From positions 15,983 to 79,982 of the forward strand of contig CAZGXN010000004.1 of the NCBI GenBank assembly GCA_964530135.1: 64,000 nt of DNA. The letters run 5' to 3'. The notes beneath the pieces are model-generated. The model had not been told where the DNA came from. It did no database searches and was given only the letters and a program-made list of their open reading frames with translations. This DNA comes from an uncultured Bdellovibrionales bacterium. GTDB lineage: Bacteria; Patescibacteriota; Minisyncoccia; Moranbacterales; UBA1568. Made by a program: the position numbers and the translations under genes. Shown in pieces: positions 46,116 through 54,970 of this stretch. Numbering within the stretch: the stretch's first letter is position 1; each line of letters opens with the position of its first letter.

Positions 46116-47450
46116 ATGAAAACTTTTTTCGCCATTTTTTTTATCTTTATTCTCCTCGTCGGTGGCGCGGGGTATTATTGGATGACGCGATATCAAGATA
46201 CACCGACGGAATTTTTCTCTCATGAACTGATGGGTGATCTCAAGACGCTCTCTCAGCTTGCGGGTGCATTTATGAATACGGGCGGGGAGGAACGGATATT
46301 TCTTATTTTGTTCCAGAATAATATGGAATTGCGTCCAGGGGGCGGGTTTATTGGTTCCTTTGGGATTTTGAAAGTGAAGGATGGTGCTATTACAAGTTTC
46401 ACTTCGCATGATGTTGTTAATTTTGACGGTCGGATTCCTGATACAGTTCCAGCTCCCTATCCGTTGCCTGAGACACTTGGGGTAAAGAGCTTGAAACTGC
46501 GTGATTCAAATGTCTCTCCAGACTGGTCGGTGAACGCAAAAATGGCCGAGGATTTCTACCGGATGGGTCGAGGTGAAGAGTCTTTTGATGGTGTGATTGG
46601 GATTACGACCAATGTCCTCACCTCCTTTCTCTCTGTGGTCGGTCCCGTTACTGTGCCAGGCTATCCCGGGACATATGATGCTGAGACTGGTGTGATTGAT
46701 CTCGAGTACCAAGTTGAACAGGCGTTTTACAAGCAGGGTATTGCTCGGGGTGAGCGCAAAAGTATTATGAATCTTCTCGGTAATATTATTCTTGAGGAGG
46801 CCAAGGCATTGCCTCTTTCTGGAAAGTACGCACTCTTTCGAGCGGTACTCGATGATCTTCACAAGAAAGATATTCAGCTTTCATTTCAAGACGAGCGGTT
46901 GCAGGAGATTGTTCGGGCAGCCGGATGGAGCGGTGAGGTGGATCAAGAGTGGAAACAGGACTATCTTTTGGCAGTTGATTCCAATCTGAATGCTTTCAAA
47001 ACCGACTTTCGGATGCGTCGGAAAATGGCCTACACACTTGATCTTTCGGGGGCTGTCCCGACGGCTCAGTTTGTTATGACCTATGAACATACGGCCACAG
47101 AAAAAGATTTTATGACCAAAGACTATCAGTCATTTGCGCGATTGTATGTTCCTGAAGGCAGCTGGCTCAAATCTGTTTCGGGCAATATTCGTCCCCCAGT
47201 ATACGGGAGCGAACTCGGAAAGAAGTATTTTGGGGCGCTCATCCATGTACCCCTTGGCACGACTCGTACGCTGACATGGAACTATGCATTGCCTGAGGAT
47301 TTTGATAAAGAACACTATGACTTGCTGATTGAAAAACAACCCGGACTCAATGATGTACCGATGACAGTGACGGTGATTGGGAAAGAGGGTACAACCCAAG
47401 AGAAAAATTTTGTTCTCAACCGCCCAGTCAAGTGGAGTGAGATCAAGTAA
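46116..47450 (+). CDS. DUF4012-like secreted/membrane-anchored protein
   Basis: N-terminal TM helix and the motif LFQNNMELRPGGGFIGSFG characteristic of DUF4012 proteins, which are often found in polysaccharide loci. Confidence 0.5.
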   Translation: MKTFFAIFFIFILLVGGAGYYWMTRYQDTPTEFFSHELMGDLKTLSQLAGAFMNTGGEERIFLILFQNNMELRPGGGFIGSFGILKVKDGAITSFTSHDVVNFDGRIPDTVPAPYPLPETLGVKSLKLRDSNVSPDWSVNAKMAEDFYRMGRGEESFDGVIGITTNVLTSFLSVVGPVTVPGYPGTYDAETGVIDLEYQVEQAFYKQGIARGERKSIMNLLGNIILEEAKALPLSGKYALFRAVLDDLHKKDIQLSFQDERLQEIVRAAGWSGEVDQEWKQDYLLAVDSNLNAFKTDFRMRRKMAYTLDLSGAVPTAQFVMTYEHTATEKDFMTKDYQSFARLYVPEGSWLKSVSGNIRPPVYGSELGKKYFGALIHVPLGTTRTLTWNYALPEDFDKEHYDLLIEKQPGLNDVPMTVTVIGKEGTTQEKNFVLNRPVKWSEIK

Positions 47451-47608
47451 GTGAGCATTTGGAAACAGGCCTCTCATGCCCTGTTTCCGGCAGTTCAAAG
47501 GGGATCTGTTTGTGTGCCCGAACCTATCCCCTTTGAACTGCCTTGGCAGTATCAGTGTTCCTTCCCAATCAACCCGCACCTCAAGTGCTTTTTCCTGAAA
47601 GGTTTTTT

Positions 47609-48337
47609 ATGACTGACGGACAACTTGGTTTCATGCTCATCGCAGTTGGGCTGATCATCTCCTCTGTTCTGTTAAGTGCACGAATTCGGACGCTTGGGCT
47701 TGATAGGCAAGATCTCTTGCAGCGGCGGGTTGAATACGAAGAACGGCGGAAAACCAGGCTCGGCACCAAAGCACATCGGCCACATTTGATCCGACGGACA
47801 GAGAGTTTCGGACATCTGTGCTGTTGGGCTTTGGGGCCAATGGTGGCCAATGGTGTCGGTCTGCACTTGCTGTATCGGTTTGGCTTGTCTGGCCGGTCAG
47901 TACTCCTGGTCGGATTACTTGTGTGTCTCGAATTTGGCTTCGTTTGGTGGTTGCAATACCATCACTGGCCGCAGTATCGGGTCGACTATGACAACTACAT
48001 GCGGCTGACGCAGGCGGGCAATCAGTATTTTGATGGAACTCTTGTTGATCAGCGCAGCAATGCTGCCAACCTCGTCGATGGCGGGCGTATTGTCCAGGCT
48101 TCACAGATCGTTTTTGGCCGCATCAAGAGTCTCCAACTCTTTATCTCATTCAAAACCGATCAGCACTTTCCGATCAGACAACTGAAGACCGATCGGATCC
48201 GCATCTTCTATCGGCCACATGACCGGCAGTCCTCTGAGAGAGGCCTGTTTGGTGAGGGTGAACTCATTGGATTCCAATCTCACCAGTTTCGGTCCGATTC
48301 GAATTTGGATTTTGAAACGCGGGTCGTGATGAATTGA
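47609..48337 (+). CDS. hypothetical membrane protein
   Basis: ATG 47609 (MTDGQLGFMLIAVGLIISSVLL…) with two hydrophobic helices. A competing antisense ORF spans 47655-48104, so the coding strand is uncertain. Confidence 0.3.
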   Translation: MTDGQLGFMLIAVGLIISSVLLSARIRTLGLDRQDLLQRRVEYEERRKTRLGTKAHRPHLIRRTESFGHLCCWALGPMVANGVGLHLLYRFGLSGRSVLLVGLLVCLEFGFVWWLQYHHWPQYRVDYDNYMRLTQAGNQYFDGTLVDQRSNAANLVDGGRIVQASQIVFGRIKSLQLFISFKTDQHFPIRQLKTDRIRIFYRPHDRQSSERGLFGEGELIGFQSHQFRSDSNLDFETRVVMN

Positions 48338-48453
48338 CCTCACAACGGTGAGTTTTGTGTCGGGACGCAGATTGCTGCGCTCCCGACATTTTCTTTTTCT
48401 CTCAAATATCCCGTGATACTATGGGGGAGTATTCAAGGACTTATTTTCATTCT

Positions 48454-49125
48454 ATGCACTTCGATATCCTCTCTCTTTTCCCCGAGGCGTTCGAGAGTTA
48501 TTTTCAGACTTCTATTTTGAAGCGCGCTCAGACGGCCGGACACATTACACTTGCGGTGCATAATATTCGGGATTTTTCCCTCGACCGACATCACCGAGTC
48601 GATGATACGCCCTATGGCGGTGGAGCGGGGATGGTAATGCAGGTGGAGCCATTTGATCGGGCGCTCCAGTCGATTCAGGCACAGCCGAAAACTCCCGGGA
48701 CACGTATCATTCTGCTGTCAGCGAAGGGACGGCCCTTTGATCAAGCGCGGGCGCGGCAGTTGGCAGAATATGACCGTATCGTGCTCCTAGCCGGGCGTTA
48801 TGAGGGCGTCGATGAGCGTGTAGCCGAATACTTGGTTGATGAAGAGCTTTCCATCGGTCCTTTTGTGTTGACCGGTGGTGAGCTTCCAGCCATGCTCGTG
48901 GTTGATGCCGTTTCACGGCTGATCCCAGGCGTTCTCGGTAATGCCGAAAGCTCTGTGCATGAGTCCTTTTCGATTGGTACGATAGTGGAGTGCCCTCAGT
49001 ACACCAAACCGGAAGTGTATCGCTCCTGGCCTGTACCGGCCGTGCTTCTCTCGGGGCATCATGCAGAGATTGAACAGTGGAGGCGAACACAATCTGAACA
49101 ACAAACGAAAAAACGCCATGACTAA
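48454..49125 (+). CDS. trmD: tRNA (guanine37-N1)-methyltransferase
   Basis: MHFDILSLFPE N-terminus. SPOUT knot motifs RHHRVDDTPYGGGAGM and LLAGRYEGVDER. Confidence 0.85.
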   Translation: MHFDILSLFPEAFESYFQTSILKRAQTAGHITLAVHNIRDFSLDRHHRVDDTPYGGGAGMVMQVEPFDRALQSIQAQPKTPGTRIILLSAKGRPFDQARARQLAEYDRIVLLAGRYEGVDERVAEYLVDEELSIGPFVLTGGELPAMLVVDAVSRLIPGVLGNAESSVHESFSIGTIVECPQYTKPEVYRSWPVPAVLLSGHHAEIEQWRRTQSEQQTKKRHD

Positions 49126-50254
49126 AAAGATTAGTTGGGCACTCTTTCGGTCGAATGGCGCCGAAAGCGATCGATGGCTCAAGCTCTCAGTGTTTACGTT
49201 GATCGGTATTGGCCTCATCAGTATCGCCTCAGCCGGTGTTTCATATGGCAATATCCGCTTTGGGGATCCGTACTATTTTTTCAAGGAACAGCTCATCGGA
49301 CTAGCCGTCGGGACGCTATTGCTTTTGGTGGCGGAACGCATCCCGTATCAATTCTGGCGGCGGTTTGTCGTACCGCTTTTCGGGTTGGCACTTCTTTTAC
49401 TCATCCTCGTTTTTATTCCAGGTCTTGGAACTACCGTCTATGGTGCCGCCCGCTGGGTTGATCTCGGTCTTTTTTCTTTTCAGCCATCGGAAATTATGAA
49501 AATTGCTATCATTTTTTATTTGGCGGCTTGGCTTTCAAAACGCGGATCAAAAGTAGCCTATGACTTTTATGAAGGCTTTGTTCCATTTCTTATTGTTCTC
49601 TCAGGTGTTGGTTTTCTTATCATCAAACAGCCCGATACAGGGACACTGGGTCTCATTTTCTGTATTGCATTGACTATTTTTTTCGCCTCGGGAGCCAATC
49701 TGCGGCACATTTTTGTATTGATTGCGAGCGCCTTCCTGACCCTTTTTATCCTCATCAAGATGGCACCCTATCGGATGCAGCGATTTCTTGTGTTTCTCAA
49801 TCCAGAACATGACCCACTCGGGGCTGGCTACCAGATGACACAGGCATTTCTCGCGATCGGGACCGGCGGCTGGTTTGGGGTGGGACTTGGTCAGAGCCGA
49901 CAGAAGTTTAACTATCTCCCTGAACCAGTTACTGATTCAATTTTTGCAGTGCTGGCCGAAGAAACAGGTCTGCTGGGGAGTACGATAGTGATTCTCCTTT
50001 TTCTCTTTTTCCTCTGGCGTGGTATCCGTGTCGCTCGCTCTGCCCCAGATGCATTTGGACAGCTCTTGGCGGTCGGAATTGTCGCCTGGGTTGTTTGTCA
50101 GGCATTTATCAATATCGCGGCGATTACAGGACTAATCCCATTGACTGGCATCCCCCTCCCTTTTATTAGTTTTGGTGGGACATCGCTGGCGGTGATTATG
50201 GGGGCGGTTGGTGTCTTGCTCAATATATCTCGGCACTCTACACTGAGAACATAA
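49118..50254 (+). CDS. ftsW: SEDS-family peptidoglycan glycosyltransferase (FtsW by context)
   Basis: 10-TM SEDS protein with the conserved motif SFGGTSL near the C-terminus (…LPFISFGGTSLAVIM…). It is followed by murG-murC-murB. Confidence 0.8.
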   Translation: MTKKISWALFRSNGAESDRWLKLSVFTLIGIGLISIASAGVSYGNIRFGDPYYFFKEQLIGLAVGTLLLLVAERIPYQFWRRFVVPLFGLALLLLILVFIPGLGTTVYGAARWVDLGLFSFQPSEIMKIAIIFYLAAWLSKRGSKVAYDFYEGFVPFLIVLSGVGFLIIKQPDTGTLGLIFCIALTIFFASGANLRHIFVLIASAFLTLFILIKMAPYRMQRFLVFLNPEHDPLGAGYQMTQAFLAIGTGGWFGVGLGQSRQKFNYLPEPVTDSIFAVLAEETGLLGSTIVILLFLFFLWRGIRVARSAPDAFGQLLAVGIVAWVVCQAFINIAAITGLIPLTGIPLPFISFGGTSLAVIMGAVGVLLNISRHSTLRT

Positions 50255-50257
50255 TCT

Positions 50258-51370
50258 ATGGCAAAACGAGTTGTATTAACGGGCGGATTGTCGGGTGGCC
50301 ATGTCTTTCCCTTGATTGCGGTCGCACGGGCCTTATCTCAGGAAATGCAGGGTGATGTGGAGTTTCTCTTCATCGGTTCACGCGGAAAATTCGAAGAAGA
50401 GGCGATGAAAGCCGCCGGTATTCCCTGTCGTTTTATTCTGACGGCAAAGTGGCGCCGCTATTTTTCATTGGATAATTTTATCGATTTGTTCAAGCTCCCC
50501 ATTGCCGTTTTTCAATCCCTCTGGTATCTCTTGTGGTTCATGCCGGATGCAATATTTTCCAAGGGAGGTGCGGCTTCGGTTCCGATTGCGCTGGCTGCTG
50601 CGGCGTATCGCATCCCGATTTTATTGCACGATTCGGATGCGGTGGCGGGTCGAGCCAATCGCTTTGTCGCACATTTTTCGACACGCATCGCGATTGCATA
50701 CGAAAAAGCACGGCAGTATTTTCCGGCGAATAAAATTGCGCTGACAGGGAACCCGATACGGGAAGAAATTCTCTCAGGTGATGCTGCTCGGGGTCGTGCG
50801 AGTCTTGGTTTTGTTGTTGATCGACCAGTCGTCCTTGTCATTGGAGGGAGTCTCGGTGCGGAACGCCTGAATCAGAGTATTGTGAATATGGTACCGGAAT
50901 TACTGGCCAACCAATATCAGGTCCTTCACCTGACTGGTGAACGCAATATACACCAGGTTCAGACGGAGGCTGTTGCTCTTGGTATTCAGCCGGGAGCTGG
51001 CTATATTGCCCTTCCCTTTCTTCCAGTGGCCGAGTTGTCGGATGCGTATGCACTTGCGACGGTTGTCATATCGCGGGCGGGAGCAGGGACGATCGCCGAG
51101 CTTGCGGCCCTGGCCAAACCAGCTATTCTCATTCCGTTGTCGACTGCTGCAAACAATGAGCAACGGGAAAATGCATATGAGATATTTCGGCGGGGCGGGG
51201 CAGTCGTCATCGAGGACGCAAATCTTGGCGGACACATTATTCGAGAAGTACTTGCGGATATTATCGCTCACCCAGAAAAATCCAAAGCGATGGGGGAGGC
51301 ACTTCAGAAATATTACTATCACCCCGATGCGGCCCAGGCTATTGCACGCGGCCTCATGACGCTCTCTTAG
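50258..51370 (+). CDS. murG: UDP-GlcNAc:lipid I GlcNAc transferase MurG
   Basis: GGLSGGHVFPLIAVARAL N-terminal motif. Two Rossmann halves (GT28). Confidence 0.85.
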   Translation: MAKRVVLTGGLSGGHVFPLIAVARALSQEMQGDVEFLFIGSRGKFEEEAMKAAGIPCRFILTAKWRRYFSLDNFIDLFKLPIAVFQSLWYLLWFMPDAIFSKGGAASVPIALAAAAYRIPILLHDSDAVAGRANRFVAHFSTRIAIAYEKARQYFPANKIALTGNPIREEILSGDAARGRASLGFVVDRPVVLVIGGSLGAERLNQSIVNMVPELLANQYQVLHLTGERNIHQVQTEAVALGIQPGAGYIALPFLPVAELSDAYALATVVISRAGAGTIAELAALAKPAILIPLSTAANNEQRENAYEIFRRGGAVVIEDANLGGHIIREVLADIIAHPEKSKAMGEALQKYYYHPDAAQAIARGLMTLS

Positions 51371-51371
51371 T

Positions 51372-52766
51372 ATGGTATCGGCTCACCTCCACTGGCACCT
51401 CATCGGCATCAAAGGCGCAGGGATGACTGCTCTGGCCGAACTCCTCGTTGGTTCTGGAAAACGCGTTACGGGTTCGGATACTCAGGAAGTTTTTTATACT
51501 GATACGATTCTGAAGCGCATCGGGATTACAGTTAGTAGTCCTTTTCAGCCAGCCAATATCCCGCAATCGACCGAGGTGATTGTCTATTCAACCGCCTACA
51601 CTGTTGAAAATAACACCGAACTTGCTGCTGCGTTTGCGAGTGGTATACCGATACTTTCTTATCCCGAAGCCCTTGGCGCGCTGACAAAAGAAAAGATGAC
51701 GCTTGCGGTTTGTGGTACGCACGGAAAAACGACAACCGCCGCGCTCCTGGCCGAAGTTTTGCGTTCGACTGGTACAGACCCTTCGGCTATTATCGGCAGT
51801 GAAATTAAGCGTTGGCAGGGTAGTGCGCTTGTTGGAAAGGGCCCTTTTTTTGTGATTGAAGCGGATGAATATCAAAACAAGCTCGCTCATTATCATCCAT
51901 TGGGTGTTATTCTTACTAATGTTGATTGGGATCATCCAGATTATTTTCCGACGGTCGGAGCCTATGAGCAGATTTTTTCTGATTTTCTCAACCGAATTCC
52001 GCGGCATGGCTTTCTGGTTGTTTCGGGTGATCATGCTCGCGCTGAATTTCTCTCACGCGCCGTGGCAGTATCGCGCTCTACATATGGGTTTCTCGCTGGC
52101 AATACTGTGCGAGCGGTTGAACAGCGTATTCTTCCAGCATCTGAGCGCCAGGCAGGAGCGCTCCAAGAGTTTTCGGTTGAATATCAGGGCGAACATCTCG
52201 GCCCGTTTCGTCTCCAGCTTGCTGGTCGGCATAATGTCGAAAATGCTCTGGCGGTGATCGCTGTGGCACTGCATCTGAAACTAGATCTGGCTGGACTTAT
52301 GAAGGGAATTGCCGGATTTTCTGGGACCAAACGCCGGTTTGAGTATATCGGGACACGCCAGGGTGCCCTGGTGTATGACGACTATGCCCATCACCCAGTC
52401 GAAATCCAAGCGACACTGGCAGCTTTTCATGAGTTGTATCCAGATCAGCATTTGAAGGTTATCTTTCATCCTCACACCTTCACTCGGACGAAAGCACTCT
52501 TTGAGGCATTTGCGAGTAGTTTTGAGCTTGCTGAGAGCGTGAGTATTCTCGATATCTATGGGAGTGCGCGCGAACAGCAGGGCGGTGTTTCGTCTCAGGA
52601 TCTCGTTGATCAGATCAATCGGTATACACCCACCAAGGCGACCTATGCGCCTGACCGTGCGGCTCTTGTGAAAAAAACTATTCGCGAAATGCAGGCGGGG
52701 GATGTTATTATCACTATGGGTGCGGGAGATGTCTGGCAAATTGCTCAGGCGATTCTCGAAACATAA
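51372..52766 (+). CDS. murC: UDP-N-acetylmuramate--L-alanine ligase MurC
   Basis: HLIGIKGAGMTALAELL and ATP-binding loop CGTHGKTTTAALLAEVL. Confidence 0.9.
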   Translation: MVSAHLHWHLIGIKGAGMTALAELLVGSGKRVTGSDTQEVFYTDTILKRIGITVSSPFQPANIPQSTEVIVYSTAYTVENNTELAAAFASGIPILSYPEALGALTKEKMTLAVCGTHGKTTTAALLAEVLRSTGTDPSAIIGSEIKRWQGSALVGKGPFFVIEADEYQNKLAHYHPLGVILTNVDWDHPDYFPTVGAYEQIFSDFLNRIPRHGFLVVSGDHARAEFLSRAVAVSRSTYGFLAGNTVRAVEQRILPASERQAGALQEFSVEYQGEHLGPFRLQLAGRHNVENALAVIAVALHLKLDLAGLMKGIAGFSGTKRRFEYIGTRQGALVYDDYAHHPVEIQATLAAFHELYPDQHLKVIFHPHTFTRTKALFEAFASSFELAESVSILDIYGSAREQQGGVSSQDLVDQINRYTPTKATYAPDRAALVKKTIREMQAGDVIITMGAGDVWQIAQAILET

Positions 52767-52828
52767 TGCAGAACAGTATTTCTTTGTATCTCGCGCGAGA
52801 GTGATACGCGGTGTTTATTGGTGATCCT

Positions 52829-53758
52829 ATGCTTTCAATTCAAAGAGAGGTTCCTCTCGCTCCATTTTCAACTTTTCATATCGGCGGCCCGGCTGATTTT
52901 TTTGCCGCTGTTACGACCGTTACTGAGCTCATCGAGGCACTCGAGTATGCCGAAAAAAACCAGCTAAAGACATTTGTTTTTTCCGGTGGGAGCAATCTCC
53001 TTATCGCTGATCAGGGTTTCCGCGGGCTTGTTATCCGTATAGCCAACACAGCCTTCAGGATCACTGAAACAGATATCTTGGCTGATGCTGGGACACCGCT
53101 CTTCCATATCGTTCAATCAGCTGCCGAGCAGGGTCTAGCGGGGATGGAGCGTCTCGCCGGTATCCCTGGGTCATTCGGTGGTGCCCTCCGAGGAAATGCG
53201 GGTGCGTTTGGGACAGAGATTCGAGAGAGCGTCATTTCGGTAAAGGTGTATGATCGTCAAGCAAGCTCTTTGCGAGAGTTTTCTCCCCAACAGTGCGCAT
53301 GGGGATATCGGACGAGTTATTTCAAAACGCATCCAGAGCTCGTCATCTTGTCGGCGCAGCTTCGACTGGTTATGGGGGATACGCATGAACTTATGCGGAT
53401 TGTCCGTGAGACGATTGCTACCCGTGAGGCGAAGCATCCACAACAGGTTCAATGTGCTGGATCATTCTTTATGAACCCCGAGGTTACAGATGAAAAACTT
53501 CGATCGGAATTTGCACAGGATACTGGAAAAACACCGAAAGACAATCGACTGCCGGCTGGCTGGCTCATCGACCAGGTGGGGCTGCGCGGTACATTGATCG
53601 GTGGTGCCCAAGTGAGTCTGTTGCATCCAAACTATATCATCAACACTGGTACTGCGACGGCCGAAGATGTCCTGATGCTTGTTTCAATTATCAAACAGCG
53701 TGTCCGGACCGAGCTCGGTGTCCAGCTCCGCGAGGAAGTCCAATTTGTCGGGTTTTGA
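52829..53758 (+). CDS. murB: UDP-N-acetylenolpyruvoylglucosamine reductase MurB
   Basis: FAD-binding FSGGSNLL. The GxxR and Ser catalytic region are conserved. Start taken at MLSIQRE. Confidence 0.85.
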   Translation: MLSIQREVPLAPFSTFHIGGPADFFAAVTTVTELIEALEYAEKNQLKTFVFSGGSNLLIADQGFRGLVIRIANTAFRITETDILADAGTPLFHIVQSAAEQGLAGMERLAGIPGSFGGALRGNAGAFGTEIRESVISVKVYDRQASSLREFSPQQCAWGYRTSYFKTHPELVILSAQLRLVMGDTHELMRIVRETIATREAKHPQQVQCAGSFFMNPEVTDEKLRSEFAQDTGKTPKDNRLPAGWLIDQVGLRGTLIGGAQVSLLHPNYIINTGTATAEDVLMLVSIIKQRVRTELGVQLREEVQFVGF

Positions 53759-53868
53759 ATACTGGTACATGGAAGAATGGATAGTCTTGACGCTCCGCAA
53801 GGAATGAAAGTATGCTATAAAGGCCTTCTATTTTCTTTGGCTCAATGCAGCGCATAGGAGATTGTACC

Positions 53869-54051
53869 GTGCAACAAAATGGCGAGATAATTCCGGATGA
53901 TGAATCCGGTCAAGTTGGGCAGCAGCGTGAAGTTCAAGGTGATCAAGCAAAATCAAACGGGACGCGAACGGGTGAGACACAGGCGGAAGTCTATCAACCT
54001 CTCGAACAGTATCCACTGAAGTGGGATCCCAAACTACCATCGAGTCGCTGA
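53869..54051 (+). CDS. small acidic protein (60 aa), hypothetical
   Basis: GTG 53869 lies 8 nt after AGGAG (53856-60). An in-frame ATG at 53845 is upstream. No motif. Confidence 0.2.
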   Translation: MQQNGEIIPDDESGQVGQQREVQGDQAKSNGTRTGETQAEVYQPLEQYPLKWDPKLPSSR

Positions 54052-54169
54052 TGCGGCAAAATATTTCCGGGGGGTCGGTATTTAGAACGAATCATATATC
54101 ACATATATGGCGCGTTCTTTTTTTATTACCAACCGGAAAGAGCGGGAGAGGGTGATTTTTTAGCCGCGA

Positions 54170-54178
54170 TGGTATACT
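54170..54178 (+). promoter_or_regulatory. extended -10 TGgTATACT giving a leaderless transcript
   Basis: TGGTATACT ends 6 nt before the ATG at 54185. Confidence 0.3.
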
Positions 54179-54184
54179 GATGGT

Positions 54185-54394
54185 ATGGAACAAGACATTT
54201 CTGAAGTTTTGAAAAAAATAAACGAACGGCTGAACACCGTTTATGATTCGGTGGAGCGGACACGAAAGTACATACTGTGGAGCCTCATCATGCAGGTCGC
54301 TGTAGTGCTTCTGCCGCTCGTGGTGCTTATGTTTGCTGTGCCATTTCTTCTCTCGAGCGTCTCTGGTCTTTCGGGTTTGTACCAGGGACTCTAG
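54185..54394 (+). CDS. small membrane protein (69 aa), hypothetical
   Basis: N-terminal amphipathic segment plus one TM helix (LWSLIMQVAVVLLPLVVLMFAVPFLL). Confidence 0.35.
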   Translation: MEQDISEVLKKINERLNTVYDSVERTRKYILWSLIMQVAVVLLPLVVLMFAVPFLLSSVSGLSGLYQGL

Positions 54395-54447
54395 TCTGGC
54401 AGACAGATATGCTAGCATGAGGGTGTAATGTTTAGAATCAAAACTGT

Positions 54448-54795
54448 ATGATCAGGTTTCTCCAACGAGGTGTTGAGATTGATAAGCGTACGGGTGAGTA
54501 TATTGAAAAGCGGCTCACACGGATAGCGAAATTCGTCGATCCAGTAACACAATTTGAAGTAGAAATTGACCGAGATAAAAAAGGGCTCTTTCGGGTCGAG
54601 GTGATGGTGAAAACACCGCACAATTTGTATCGAGCCGAAGAGATATCGGAGAGCATCGAGGGTTCAGTGGATGTCGCCATTGATGAACTCGAAGCGCAAT
54701 TGGCCAAACATCGTGGAAAGAACCGTGATTTGAAGCGTCGCGGACTGCGGTCGATCAAGAAGAAACTGGTGGTGGATGAGGCCGCTCGGTTTTGA
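54448..54795 (+). CDS. hpf: ribosome hibernation promoting factor / RaiA (short form)
   Basis: 115 aa. The pattern VEIDKRTGEYIEKRL…VEVMVKTPHNLYRAEEI…AIDELEAQLAKHRGK fits the YfiA/HPF fold. It sits upstream of secA. Confidence 0.7.
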   Translation: MIRFLQRGVEIDKRTGEYIEKRLTRIAKFVDPVTQFEVEIDRDKKGLFRVEVMVKTPHNLYRAEEISESIEGSVDVAIDELEAQLAKHRGKNRDLKRRGLRSIKKKLVVDEAARF

Positions 54796-54895
54796 CTACT
54801 TGGGTGGTGGAGAGTCGGTGGGTGAGTTTGCTGTGTACACTGCATGCTAGTTTTTCAGGTCCTGGATCGGTGGTCAAAGAGTGAAGAATGGCTTT

Positions 54896-54924
54896 TTGAC
54901 GGGTGCTTTTCTGTCTGTTAAAAT
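54896..54924 (+). promoter_or_regulatory. sigma70 promoter TTGACG-17-TAAAAT
   Basis: TTGACG at 54896-54901 and TAAAAT at 54919-24, upstream of secA. Confidence 0.45.
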
Positions 54925-54970
54925 CCCTTTATTCAAGCGAAAAATATCTCTGTTTGTCTGATTCTCTCTG

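Noticed and set aside
54400-54447. Possible sigma54 (-24/-12) promoter TGGCAG…TGCT upstream of hpf
   Set aside because: The GG-to-GC spacing is 11 nt rather than 10 and the match to TGGCAC-N5-TTGCA is weak.
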